Shown here: positions 27,281 through 36,993 of the stretch, one piece after another | Position numbering within the stretch: the stretch's first letter is position 1 | Layout: every line of letters begins with the position of its first letter | Sequence record: SRR22947725_670 | Direction: 5' to 3' (one strand) | Length of the DNA stretch: 64,000 nt | Notes under the pieces: generated by a model | The model's database searches: none | What the model saw: the letters and a program-made list of their open reading frames with translations, nothing else | What the model was told of the DNA's origin: nothing | Position numbers and translations under genes: made by a program

Positions 27281-28492
27281 ATGTTTGCTCCGCGAGGTTG
27301 GCTCAAGGGCTCTGGGGCGCGGAGAATTTACCGAACAATTGAACCTTCCCCGCTCTTTGATCCTTCGTGGTACCGGGCTCGCTACCTCGCAAAAAATCCT
27401 TTTGTTGATCCACTCTGGCACTACCTTGATGCCGGATGGCAAAAGGGCCATGATCCCTCCCCCTTATTCGACACTTCTCACTACCTCGAGACTTCTCGAG
27501 ATGTGCGTCAGTCCAATCTAAACCCGCTCTTTCACTACCTCGCCTACGGAATAGAGGAAAGGCGATCACCCTTGCGCTCGGCGCGAGAAACGTTCCACCA
27601 CTACTTCCCGCAGGCCGCGCCGCTAGCTTTTTTCGACACCCCTTCTGCGGCGCAAGAAAGACTGAGCGCGGTCCTCGATGACGCCACAGAGAGCGACGGC
27701 GTATTAGACCTCGTTGACACGCTGTCATTGGCTCTTCGCTTTGCGCAAGAACATTCCCGAACTCTCCGCATCATTTCGCGAAGGAAGAATTTTGAAGAGG
27801 TCTGCCAAGCGCTAAGAACAGCGCAGGAAAAAGTGTCTTTTTCCTCTGTCGATATCGACATCGTCAACGCAATCGACACCGACGTGGGTCCCACGATTGC
27901 AATCTTCCGCGATGAGATCTTTCTTGCAACCTCGTGGACCAGTGCCTATGCCCTGCGCCATGCAGCCCCTGCGCAAAGATTGTTCGCCGTGTCGTATTCA
28001 TCATCAACGCCCCCCTCGGTTATTTCCTTGAGCGTTGAAGAAGCAGCTAACGAAGCGTGGGAAAGCGAAAAAGACCTCGACCCGCTTCGAAAAGATGCGG
28101 TGTCCCCCGCATTCGAGAAAGCTTCTCTCGAGCGAGGATCAGTGGGAAAAATTGCAATTCTGTGGGACCTCAAGCATCCCTTTGCTTACTGCCAAGCTCT
28201 TCGGGTGCTAGAGGATTGCGTTCTTCGCAACCCGGCCGCTCGTGGTGTTCTGGAATTTCACGCCCTCGGCGAAGGAATAGAGCCTGCGCACATTGCAGAA
28301 CAACCGATCGAGCGTCATCCATCGCCGCGCCACGCCTCTGGGTTTGAGGAATACGACCTGGTCCTCAACGCCTCTGGGTTTGCCCTTGAAGCAGAGGCAA
28401 TCGTTGATTGCCACTCCCCTGACCGGGGTAGGCACGAGAGAGTATCCCAAGCACTTGGCTCGCTGGTATCGAAGGTGAGCGTGATGTCGTGA
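27281..28492 (+). CDS. Protein with N-terminal FDxxWY/PLxHY repeats and a degenerate WsaF-like GT domain
   Basis: Two PLFD..Y...PL.HY...G repeats; DEIFLATSWTSAY resembles the WsaF-family motif. Confidence 0.6.
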   Translation: MFAPRGWLKGSGARRIYRTIEPSPLFDPSWYRARYLAKNPFVDPLWHYLDAGWQKGHDPSPLFDTSHYLETSRDVRQSNLNPLFHYLAYGIEERRSPLRSARETFHHYFPQAAPLAFFDTPSAAQERLSAVLDDATESDGVLDLVDTLSLALRFAQEHSRTLRIISRRKNFEEVCQALRTAQEKVSFSSVDIDIVNAIDTDVGPTIAIFRDEIFLATSWTSAYALRHAAPAQRLFAVSYSSSTPPSVISLSVEEAANEAWESEKDLDPLRKDAVSPAFEKASLERGSVGKIAILWDLKHPFAYCQALRVLEDCVLRNPAARGVLEFHALGEGIEPAHIAEQPIERHPSPRHASGFEEYDLVLNASGFALEAEAIVDCHSPDRGRHERVSQALGSLVSKVSVMS

Positions 28493-29613
28493 GCTCCCAT
28501 CCGCTGTGGAATCACAGCCTGGCCCATCGACTCTCCCTCCTGCGACAAGGCACCTATCGCGTCGCCTACCTTGCGCCAAAACCGGACCTGGGAACATTTC
28601 GATACCGGGCGTTCAACCCGACAGAGGCGCTCACAAGTAGTAGCACTCACTCAGCCAGCTATTTCTTTTACAGCGATCTTGCGCTGCTTGATGACCTTTC
28701 CACCTGGGCAGATGCTCTCGTCTTGGTCCGCGCGCCCTATGACCAGCGGGTGGACAGTATCTATCGCCAATTTCGAAACGCCGGGAAAAAGGTCTATTTC
28801 GACATCGACGACCTCGTGTTTGACTCCCGCTATTCCACCCTGGTGGCATCCAACTTGGGGTATGAGCTCCAGGAAGAAGAACTTAACAAATGGTCCGCCT
28901 TCATTAGCAACACCGGGCTAGCCCTCAGCCGGGCAGACGAAATCATCACCACCAATGACTACTTGGCCACGCGGATCAGAGATTTTGTTGATCTTCCCGT
29001 CCACGTTGTTCCCAACACATTCAATTCCCACCAGCACGCTCGCTCCGAAGCGCTCCCGGTCAGGACACCGGGACCACACGGGCTCTCGCTGGGATACTTC
29101 AGCGGAAGCCATTCGCACCTGCTTGATTTTGGTGTTGTCGCCTCAGCCCTGGTTGCTTTCCTTGCCCACTCTCCCCATTCACGCCTGACCGTCGTGGGTC
29201 ATCTGGCTTTACCGGCTGAGCTCGAGACCTTCACAGAGCGCATCACCCGACGGCCGTTCATGGACTTCCTGGAGCTTCAAGAAGCAATTCGCGAGGTCGA
29301 TGTGAATATCGTCCCCCTTCAATCCAGCGACTTCACCTCTGGCAAGTCAGAACTCAAATACTTTGAGGCAGGTCTCGTCTCTACCCCCACACTGGCCAGC
29401 AGAACCCCGGTTTTTGAAGCAGCAATCTCCGAGGGAAAAACCGGCTTCCTCGCTGATTCGGGAACCTGGCTAGATCGGCTCCATGAGATTGAGGGCTTGT
29501 CTCCAGAGCTTCGCCAGGCCGTGGGGGAAGCTGCAAGGCTTGATTCCCATAACCGCTATTCGCCCGAGTCGCTGGTGGAGCACGTGACTGCAGTATTTGG
29601 CCAGGAGAAGTAA
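28489..29613 (+). CDS. GT-B (GT4-like) glycosyltransferase
   Basis: FRYR, YFDIDDLVF, GYFSGSHSH and KSELKYFEAG motifs. Confidence 0.85.
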   Translation: MSSHPLWNHSLAHRLSLLRQGTYRVAYLAPKPDLGTFRYRAFNPTEALTSSSTHSASYFFYSDLALLDDLSTWADALVLVRAPYDQRVDSIYRQFRNAGKKVYFDIDDLVFDSRYSTLVASNLGYELQEEELNKWSAFISNTGLALSRADEIITTNDYLATRIRDFVDLPVHVVPNTFNSHQHARSEALPVRTPGPHGLSLGYFSGSHSHLLDFGVVASALVAFLAHSPHSRLTVVGHLALPAELETFTERITRRPFMDFLELQEAIREVDVNIVPLQSSDFTSGKSELKYFEAGLVSTPTLASRTPVFEAAISEGKTGFLADSGTWLDRLHEIEGLSPELRQAVGEAARLDSHNRYSPESLVEHVTAVFGQEK

Positions 29614-29623
29614 GCTTCAGATT

Positions 29624-31246
29624 ATGTCCGGAAAACCCGCGCAACACGCCCACCCAGCGGAACAGGCTCCGTGGGGGATCAGGAGCCTTCGGGTTCTCGG
29701 CGTTGTGCTTATCGCTTTGATGAGTTTCGGAGCATGGGGGTTTTCTTCAGCTGTGGGAAGCGCACCAGATGACGACTACCATCTGACGAGTATTTGGTGT
29801 TCAAGTTTTGCTGGCGATGCGTGTGAGGTTGACCCCGGTGGTGAAGGTGTCTTCATCCCCCAAGCCATTCTCGAAGCAATCGATTGTTATAGCCAAAACC
29901 CCAAGCAGAGCGCCGGGTGCCAACCATTCCTTGATGGCACGGACCCCAGGCCTGATGTTCCTTTCGCACATAACAACCCCAGCCGAAACCTTTATCCCGA
30001 TGGTTATTACCAATTCCAAAATCTTTTCCAAACAGACAACATCGAAGCAACGGCTCTCACCATAAGGTTCGTAAACATTGGTGTTTTCCTCGTCGTCGGA
30101 TTCGGCCTGTTCTTTGCCCTCCCGCTGCGCCTTCGTCAGACCTGGGTGTGGATGTGGGCGCTCGGAGTGGTTCCCATGGGGATGTTTATCATCCCCTCCA
30201 GTAACCCCAGCTCCTGGGCTATCACCGCCGTAGCTGCGGGATGGATTGCTCTGCTGGGATACCTGGAAACGACAAAGGCACGATCCTGGATTCTTGGCTT
30301 GACCTTCCTCGCGATGATTGGGCTGGCCGTTAGCGCCCGCATCGATTCCGTGCTCTATCTGGGCTTCGCCGCCATCCTGGCTGTGTGGCTTTCCCCCACC
30401 AGGGGCCGGGAGTTGCTGATGAAGACGTGGATTGGGCTAATAGGGATCGCAATTGCTGCTGTTGCACTGATTATTAACCCGGCGAACCTGGCGCGCGTTG
30501 TTCGAGGGATCGGTCAACGCTCTGATGTCTATGAAAACCCGCTTCCGTGGGTAAGCGCTGGAGAGGTAATCGATCCCAACGCTTTCGACTGGGCACTGCT
30601 CTGGAATAACTTCTGGAATATCCCAGGTCTCTGGCTCGGCGTTTTTGGCGGCTTCCCGTGGGGGTCCCTTGGCTGGCTAGATACGTCACTTCCGCAAATT
30701 GTCCTGACCGGGACAATGCTGGTGGTCGTGGGGGTTGCCTTCATCTCCCTCAAAGGAGCAAACCGACAGAAAATCATCGGCCTGCTTATTGCTCTCGGAG
30801 CTCTGTGGTTCATGCCCCTTTATCTCCTGCAGCTGGGCGGTTTCCAGGCCGGTGAAGAACTCCAGCCTCGGTATCTCATGCCGTTGATGATGGTTCTGCT
30901 CGGAATTCTGGTGTTGACCCCAACAGGCGTGCCACTGATCACCGACCGAACAAGACTGTGGCTTATTCTCGGCGGGCTTTCGCTGGCCAATGCCATTGCA
31001 CTGCACACGAACATACGTCGATACACCACAGGGATTAGGGTTCAAGGTTTCAATCTTGACTCGCCCCGCGAGTGGTGGTGGCCTTTCTTCCCGGGCTTTA
31101 TCGGACCAACTCTGGTGTGGGCACTAGGGACACTAGCGTTTGCATCACTGGTATGGATTCTGCTCTTTAGGGTTGCCCCCTCAATCATGCGAGCGCAGGC
31201 GCTGTTGCCTGTGGACGAGCCAGAAAGCGTGAAGGCTTCGAACTAG
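29624..31246 (+). CDS. DUF2142-like multi-TM protein (putative GT-C, GacL-like)
   Basis: APDDDYH after TM1, SSNPS, GSLGWLDT and QPRYLMP motifs; more than 10 TM segments. Confidence 0.78.
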   Translation: MSGKPAQHAHPAEQAPWGIRSLRVLGVVLIALMSFGAWGFSSAVGSAPDDDYHLTSIWCSSFAGDACEVDPGGEGVFIPQAILEAIDCYSQNPKQSAGCQPFLDGTDPRPDVPFAHNNPSRNLYPDGYYQFQNLFQTDNIEATALTIRFVNIGVFLVVGFGLFFALPLRLRQTWVWMWALGVVPMGMFIIPSSNPSSWAITAVAAGWIALLGYLETTKARSWILGLTFLAMIGLAVSARIDSVLYLGFAAILAVWLSPTRGRELLMKTWIGLIGIAIAAVALIINPANLARVVRGIGQRSDVYENPLPWVSAGEVIDPNAFDWALLWNNFWNIPGLWLGVFGGFPWGSLGWLDTSLPQIVLTGTMLVVVGVAFISLKGANRQKIIGLLIALGALWFMPLYLLQLGGFQAGEELQPRYLMPLMMVLLGILVLTPTGVPLITDRTRLWLILGGLSLANAIALHTNIRRYTTGIRVQGFNLDSPREWWWPFFPGFIGPTLVWALGTLAFASLVWILLFRVAPSIMRAQALLPVDEPESVKASN

Positions 31247-31974
31247 GCGATACTTGCCTGATACTGATCCACAACGCTGGAAGCGTTGCCCGTGGCCATT
31301 TGCACTCCCTGGTTGATCCAGGTAGCGCTGTCGCAAATATCGCGAACAACCTGCATCGTGTGGGTGACCAAAATGATGGTCTTTCCCTTTTTCTTGAATT
31401 CTAAAAACTTGTCAAAGCTCTTCTTCTGAAACTCTTCATCTCCAACGGAGAGAACTTCGTCCACCACCAAAATATCGGGGTCGACGTGGATGGCAATCGC
31501 AAAGCCTAAGCGCACATACATTCCTGAGCTGTAGTTCTTAACCGGCTGGTCAAGGAACTTCTCGATCCCGGAAAAATCCACGATGGCATCAAACCGGCTG
31601 TCAATTTCTTTCTTCGACATCCCCAGAATGGAGCCGTTGAGGTAGATGTTTTCTCTACCAGAAAGCTCGAGATGGAAGCCCGATCCCACCTCAAGAAGTG
31701 AGGCCATGCGGCCCTGAAATTCGATGGTCCCGCTGTTGGGCCAATAGATTTTCGCAAGACACTTCAACAGAGTTGATTTACCCGAACCGTTCGAGCCGAC
31801 TAACGCGTGAGTTTCGCCCTCTTTCACATCAAAAGTGACGTTGCTCAGCGCCCAAAAGTCTTCGTGCTGGGAGGTTTTTCCCCTCAAGATTGCTGACTTA
31901 AGCGATTGGTTTCGCTCGTGATAGAGCCGAAACTTTTTGCTCACGTCGTCAACGCGCACCGCCCAGTCGCTCAC
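31243..31974 (-). CDS. wzt: Polysaccharide ABC exporter ATPase Wzt (no C-terminal CBM)
   Basis: GSNGSGKST, PVKNYSSGMYVRLGFA and VDEVLSVGDEEFQKK motifs. GTG at 31974 overlaps the wzm stop. Confidence 0.93.
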   Translation of the reverse strand: MSDWAVRVDDVSKKFRLYHERNQSLKSAILRGKTSQHEDFWALSNVTFDVKEGETHALVGSNGSGKSTLLKCLAKIYWPNSGTIEFQGRMASLLEVGSGFHLELSGRENIYLNGSILGMSKKEIDSRFDAIVDFSGIEKFLDQPVKNYSSGMYVRLGFAIAIHVDPDILVVDEVLSVGDEEFQKKSFDKFLEFKKKGKTIILVTHTMQVVRDICDSATWINQGVQMATGNASSVVDQYQASIA

Positions 31975-32807
31975 AAGAGTTCCGCCAATTGCTTTTCCTT
32001 CGTTGCATACATCCAGATTCCTCCTCCGAAGGCGACAACCGTCCATCCCAACGCAATCAGAACAGTGGTGAGCTCGGGCATGCGGTTGTCATAGAGGAGG
32101 TTCCTGAAGATTTCGATAAACCCTTGAACGGGGTTCAACGAATAGATATCCAAGATGGTGATGGGTGTCCCCACTAACCCGCCAAACTGGTCCGACTGTG
32201 TGGCGACTAAGTCGATGGGATACAAAATTGGCGTCAGATAGAACCAGAACTGCAAGACGATGGTGAGCAAATAGGCGAGGTCGCGGAAATAAACATTGAT
32301 GATGGAAAAAATCATCGCAAGCCCCACGGAAAAAAGTGCAAAGACGACCATGAACACGATGACCAGGGGCACCCAGGGCAAGACAAAGGCGCCGAGCAGG
32401 CTTAAGGCAAGGGCAAGCACCCCCATTTCAAGAATCCACGTGAACAGGGTTGCGTTGGTGAGAGAGAGTGGCAAAACAATGCGGGGGAAGTACACCTTCT
32501 CGATAAGCCCGGCGTTAGAGACCAGAGAATCTGTCCCAAGCGTGAGAACGCGGTTGAAGAACAGCCACGGCAGTAGCCCACACACCAGCCATAACGCGTA
32601 ATTGTTAAGCCCGCTGGGGTCCCCCACCTGGGCAGGAAGCCGGAAGATGAAAGAAAAAATAAAGGTGTAAATTACGATCGCAGCAATGGGATTAGCTAGT
32701 GACCACAGCTGGCCCAGCGCTGTCCGGCGATATTTCCCCCGAACCTCGCGATTCGTGAGATTTTGGAGAAGCTCTCGAGAGCCCCAGATTTCACCTAGGT
32801 AACTCAT
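31971..32807 (-). CDS. wzm: Polysaccharide ABC exporter permease Wzm
   Basis: [28 protein letters not shown] and FYLTPILYP motifs. Confidence 0.93.
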   Translation of the reverse strand: MSYLGEIWGSRELLQNLTNREVRGKYRRTALGQLWSLANPIAAIVIYTFIFSFIFRLPAQVGDPSGLNNYALWLVCGLLPWLFFNRVLTLGTDSLVSNAGLIEKVYFPRIVLPLSLTNATLFTWILEMGVLALALSLLGAFVLPWVPLVIVFMVVFALFSVGLAMIFSIINVYFRDLAYLLTIVLQFWFYLTPILYPIDLVATQSDQFGGLVGTPITILDIYSLNPVQGFIEIFRNLLYDNRMPELTTVLIALGWTVVAFGGGIWMYATKEKQLAELL

Positions 32808-33667
32808 GGAGCGAGAAGGCGATCGAGATAGATTCCGTAACCACTCTTGCGCAGGGGCTCTGCGAGTGTGACCAGTTGTGTGTCATCAATCCACCCCGCG
32901 CGCCAGGCAATTTCTTCGACACAACCGATCTTGAGGCCCTGGCGATCTTCAATAACCCGGACATACTCGGAAGCTTGCATCATCGATTCAAAGGTTCCTG
33001 TGTCTAACCACGCCACCCCCCGGTCCAAAATTTGGACCTTGAGGTCACCGCGTTGCAAGAAATGGTCATTGATCGCGGTGATTTCCAACTCACCTCGTGC
33101 ACTGGGGGTAATGGTGTGGGCTGCAGCAACGACGGAGGAGTCATAAAAATAGAGCCCTGGGACAGCAAAGTTGCTTTTGGGTTTCGTGGGCTTTTCTTCA
33201 ATGGACAGCGCTTTCATGTCTCCATCAAATTCGACCACGCCATAAGCCTCGGGGTGAGACACCTGAGTGGCAAAAATGAGTCCGCCCTGAATATCCGTAT
33301 TCGCGCGGAGGGATTGCCCCAACCCTGCGCCGTGGAAAATGTTGTCCCCCAAAACGAGAGCAACCGAATCATTTCCGATGAAGTCTTCACCAATCAAAAA
33401 AGCCTGGGCAAGACCTTCTGGTTTTTCCTGAATTGCATAAGAGATGGACATCCCCAAATGTGTTCCATCGCCAAACAGGTCCTGAAACTGAGACTGATGT
33501 TCAGGGGTTGAGATGATCAACACGTCCCGAATATCCGCCATCATCAGGGTCGACAGGGGGTAGTAAATCATGGGCTTGTCATAGATGGGCATCAACTGCT
33601 TAGAGATGCCCTTAGTGATAGGCCACAATCTGGTCCCTGAACCACCGGCGAGAATGATGCCCTTCAT
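32804..33667 (-). CDS. rmlA: Glucose-1-phosphate thymidylyltransferase
   Basis: [31 protein letters not shown] and WLDTGT motifs. Confidence 0.97.
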   Translation of the reverse strand: MKGIILAGGSGTRLWPITKGISKQLMPIYDKPMIYYPLSTLMMADIRDVLIISTPEHQSQFQDLFGDGTHLGMSISYAIQEKPEGLAQAFLIGEDFIGNDSVALVLGDNIFHGAGLGQSLRANTDIQGGLIFATQVSHPEAYGVVEFDGDMKALSIEEKPTKPKSNFAVPGLYFYDSSVVAAAHTITPSARGELEITAINDHFLQRGDLKVQILDRGVAWLDTGTFESMMQASEYVRVIEDRQGLKIGCVEEIAWRAGWIDDTQLVTLAEPLRKSGYGIYLDRLLAP

Positions 33668-33671
33668 ATCT

Positions 33672-34244
33672 CTAACCCTGCCACGTTGGAAGCAGCCCGG
33701 TAGCCTGTGCCTCCAAGAAACTTGGTGCCGCGGTGTCTTTTTCTGAGAGTAATAATTCGCTTGCAGCGAGAGAAAACTCTAATCCGAGATCAGCGTCCAG
33801 GGGATTGATGGCGTGTTCTGCGTGTGGTTTGTAGTGGTCTGTCACTAAATATGTCACTGTGGTGTTGTCTTCTAAAGCGAGAAAGGCGTGACCCAGCCCC
33901 ACATCGAGGACGATGGCATTTCTCTCGGATGCGGAAATAATTGCTCGATCCCAGACCCCAAAGGTGGGTGAGCCCACCCGGATATCCACGACAAAGTCCT
34001 CAATAGAACCTGAGCTACACATCACATACTTCGCCTGGCCTGGGGGGACATCCGCAAAATGAATCCCCCGCAGTGTTCCCTTAGCTGACACCGAAAGGTT
34101 TGCTTGGGCGACGGAAAACTCTAGTCCCGTCGCCTGCTTCAGAAGGTCCGCGCGAAACCACTCAACAAATTCGCCACGATCATCTCCGTGAATTTTTGGC
34201 GTCACCACAAACGAACCAGGGACTGTGAGAGGCCGGATATCCAC
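33672..34244 (-). CDS. rmlC: dTDP-4-dehydrorhamnose 3,5-epimerase
   Basis: [19 protein letters not shown] and GHAF motifs. GTG at 34244 has TAGGCT 6 nt upstream. Confidence 0.95.
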   Translation of the reverse strand: MDIRPLTVPGSFVVTPKIHGDDRGEFVEWFRADLLKQATGLEFSVAQANLSVSAKGTLRGIHFADVPPGQAKYVMCSSGSIEDFVVDIRVGSPTFGVWDRAIISASERNAIVLDVGLGHAFLALEDNTTVTYLVTDHYKPHAEHAINPLDADLGLEFSLAASELLLSEKDTAAPSFLEAQATGLLPTWQG

Positions 34245-34285
34245 TCGCAAAGCCTACCAATCGGCTAAGCGCAGGGCTTTGCCCT

Positions 34286-35038
34286 TTAGAGGACTTTCTC
34301 GTAGGGATAGGACAGTGTTTGAACACCCCTCCAAAGCTTCATCGCTTTGAGCCATTCCAAGAGGTAACCCCACACTCGCCTGTGCAGCGTGTTTTTGCGA
34401 GTAATGGTCGTGGTCCCCGCATCTTTGACCGCCGCAGTTCCCACCCGGGCGAGAACGATATCGGGCAGGTGCACCTCGTTAGCGCGTCTTAGAGCGCGTT
34501 TACGAAACAGAAAGTCTTTGCCATACACGCCGGCATAATCCTCATCGTGTCCCCCAATATCCCAATAGAGCTTCTTCGTCATCAGATAGCTGTTGGGATG
34601 GGATTCACGAGCCTCGCCCCCATAAAACTTGATTCTTCCCAGGGTGTAAAAAGATTGTTCTGACCTCTCCCCTTCAAGAATTGCGACGAGGCTTGAGGCC
34701 GGAACCACATGGTCAATGTCTGTCAGGAGAAGCCATGGCGCCCGGGCTTCGTGTGCTCCAATGTTGCGCGCTGCATCCTGATTCCAGCGAATGTCCTTGT
34801 AAACGCGAAAAATCGAGAGGGCTGGCAAACCGCTGGGCCTCGGAACATCGACCGCAGGGAACTGGGGTGAGCCATCATCCACCACGATAACTTCAAGCTC
34901 AGCTTTAATTTTGGCGGGGTAGGAAGCAATTTCTCGCCACTGAAGCTCGAGCATGTTCGGATTTTCATAATAGGCAAAAACCACGGTGAGCCTTGGGGTC
35001 GCGGGCCCTTCAGGGCTGCTTTCTCGTTCTCGGCTCAC
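34286..35038 (-). CDS. GT2/GT7-like glycosyltransferase
   Basis: VVDDGS, ARNIGA, LTDIDH and IGGHDEDYAG motifs. Confidence 0.75.
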   Translation of the reverse strand: MSRERESSPEGPATPRLTVVFAYYENPNMLELQWREIASYPAKIKAELEVIVVDDGSPQFPAVDVPRPSGLPALSIFRVYKDIRWNQDAARNIGAHEARAPWLLLTDIDHVVPASSLVAILEGERSEQSFYTLGRIKFYGGEARESHPNSYLMTKKLYWDIGGHDEDYAGVYGKDFLFRKRALRRANEVHLPDIVLARVGTAAVKDAGTTTITRKNTLHRRVWGYLLEWLKAMKLWRGVQTLSYPYEKVL

Positions 35039-35084
35039 TCAACCAATCTACTAGCGGGATAGTTACGACACAGGCTAAAGCCCG

Positions 35085-35100
35085 TCAAAGTAGACTTTGA
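35085..35100 (+). promoter_or_regulatory. Palindrome TCAAAGT-AG-ACTTTGA overlapping the candidate rmlB -10 (TAGACT, 35091-35096)
   Basis: Read directly from the intergenic sequence. Confidence 0.45.
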
Positions 35101-35137
35101 GAGCGTTAAGCGCAACAGACACTACGAGGAGTTGGTC

Positions 35138-36121
35138 GTGAAGCTATTTGTCACCGGGGGAGCAGGATTTATTGGCTCCAACTTCACCCGCATGGTGCTG
35201 AATAATGCTCTCCCCGGTTTAGAAAATGCGGAGGTAACGGTCTTTGACGCCCTGACCTATTCCGGCACTCTCTCTAATCTCGAATCAGTAGCAGGGTCGG
35301 AGCGATTTAGCTTTGTTGAAGGCGACATTAGGGACACCGCTGCGGTTTCAGCAGCCCTGCCTGGCCACGACGCGATTGTTCATTTCGCCGCGGAGAGCCA
35401 CGTGGATCGATCGGTCACCGACTCTCGCATTTTTGTTGACACCAATGTGTTGGGTACGCAAACTCTGCTGGATGCTGCGCTGAAGCTTGGCATCCCTCGT
35501 TTTGTTCATGTCTCAACCGATGAGGTGTACGGAAGCATCGAGGAGAGCTCGTGGGATGAAGAGGAGCCGTTGCTCCCCAATTCGCCCTACGCGGCGAGCA
35601 AGGCAGCGAGCGACCTTCTGGTCCGTAGCTACTTCGTGACCCACGATCTCAACGCCTCCATCACTCGTTGCAGCAACAACTATGGAACCCACCACTTCCC
35701 CGAAAAAGTTATTCCCCTCTTCGTCACCAACCTTCTTGATGGAATTCCTGTTCCCCTATACGGGGATGGCAAGAACATCCGCGATTGGCTTCACGTTGAT
35801 GACCACTGTCGAGGGATTGCGCTCGTTCTTCAGGGCGGCAAGGCAGGCGAGATTTATAACATCGGTGGTGGCACTGAGCTCTCCAACACTGAGCTGACGG
35901 CTCTGCTTCTCGACGCCGTCGGACGTGATGAATCTTTCATTACGAAGGTCGCTGATCGATTGGGTCATGACCGTCGCTACAGCGTCGACATTGGAAAGAT
36001 TTCCCGAGAACTTGGATACGCCCCTCAGGTTGATTTCACAGAGGGCCTTGCCGCGGTTGTCCAGTGGTATCGAGACAACCGGGTGTGGTGGGAGCCGTTG
36101 AAAGAGCGCTCCTCCCTGTGA
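35138..36121 (+). CDS. rmlB: dTDP-glucose 4,6-dehydratase
   Basis: TGGAGFIGSN, FAAESHVDRS, STDEVYGS, YAASK and HDRRY motifs; GAGGAG SD upstream. Confidence 0.97.
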   Translation: MKLFVTGGAGFIGSNFTRMVLNNALPGLENAEVTVFDALTYSGTLSNLESVAGSERFSFVEGDIRDTAAVSAALPGHDAIVHFAAESHVDRSVTDSRIFVDTNVLGTQTLLDAALKLGIPRFVHVSTDEVYGSIEESSWDEEEPLLPNSPYAASKAASDLLVRSYFVTHDLNASITRCSNNYGTHHFPEKVIPLFVTNLLDGIPVPLYGDGKNIRDWLHVDDHCRGIALVLQGGKAGEIYNIGGGTELSNTELTALLLDAVGRDESFITKVADRLGHDRRYSVDIGKISRELGYAPQVDFTEGLAAVVQWYRDNRVWWEPLKERSSL

Positions 36122-36993
36122 GTCGGATACTCGTTGTTGGGGCGGGCGGCATGCTGGGCCACGATCTCGTCTCTGGACTGGACGGACATGAGGTCACGGG
36201 GCTCACTCGTTCGGAATTAGACATCACCGATCAAGCGGCAACGATGGCAGCCCTCGAGGGCTTCGACGTAGTCGTCAATGCTGCCGCTCTCACGGCCGTC
36301 GATGATGCCCAACAAAACGAGGATTTGGCTTTTGCCATCAACGCTGATGGGGCAAGAAATTTAGCCAAGGCCTCCCGAAAAGCTGGGGCACTTCTCGTCC
36401 AGGTTTCCACGGACTATGTCTTTGATGGCGAATCAACCACTCCCTACCCGGAGGACGCAGCGCCCAACCCGCGTTCGGTCTATGGGGCTTCTAAATGGGC
36501 CGGGGAGCGGGCTGTTCTTGAGGAACATCCAGAAGGTTCCCTCATTGTTCGAACCTCATGGCTCTATGGCACACACGGCAACAGCTTCCCTCGAACAATT
36601 CTGCGCGCAGGCCTTCATAGGGAAACCCTGGATGTAGTAAACGACCAGGTTGGCCAACCGACGTGGACCAAGGATGTGGCAAGAATGATTCTCGCCCTCA
36701 TCGATGGAAGAGTGCGAACGGGCATCTTCCATGCGACAAATTCAGGTCACACCACCTGGCACGGGTTTGCCACCAAACTTTTTGATTTATCAGGCTGGGA
36801 TCTGGGTCGCGTTCATCCTGCCACCACGAAGGATTTCCCCAGACCAGCGCCTCGCCCTCCCTGGTCTGTCCTTGGTCACACGAATTGGTCTGAACACAGC
36901 CTTCCGCTCCCGCGATTGTGGGACCAGGCCCTCGAAGAAGCATGGTCGGCCGGGCTCTCAGCATTTTCTCTACCTGGAGAGAAAAACCTATGA
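36118..36993 (+). CDS. rmlD: dTDP-4-dehydrorhamnose reductase
   Basis: GAGGMLG, STDYVFDG, YGASK, DQVGQPT and APRP motifs; GTGA overlap with rmlB. Confidence 0.95.
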   Translation: MSRILVVGAGGMLGHDLVSGLDGHEVTGLTRSELDITDQAATMAALEGFDVVVNAAALTAVDDAQQNEDLAFAINADGARNLAKASRKAGALLVQVSTDYVFDGESTTPYPEDAAPNPRSVYGASKWAGERAVLEEHPEGSLIVRTSWLYGTHGNSFPRTILRAGLHRETLDVVNDQVGQPTWTKDVARMILALIDGRVRTGIFHATNSGHTTWHGFATKLFDLSGWDLGRVHPATTKDFPRPAPRPPWSVLGHTNWSEHSLPLPRLWDQALEEAWSAGLSAFSLPGEKNL

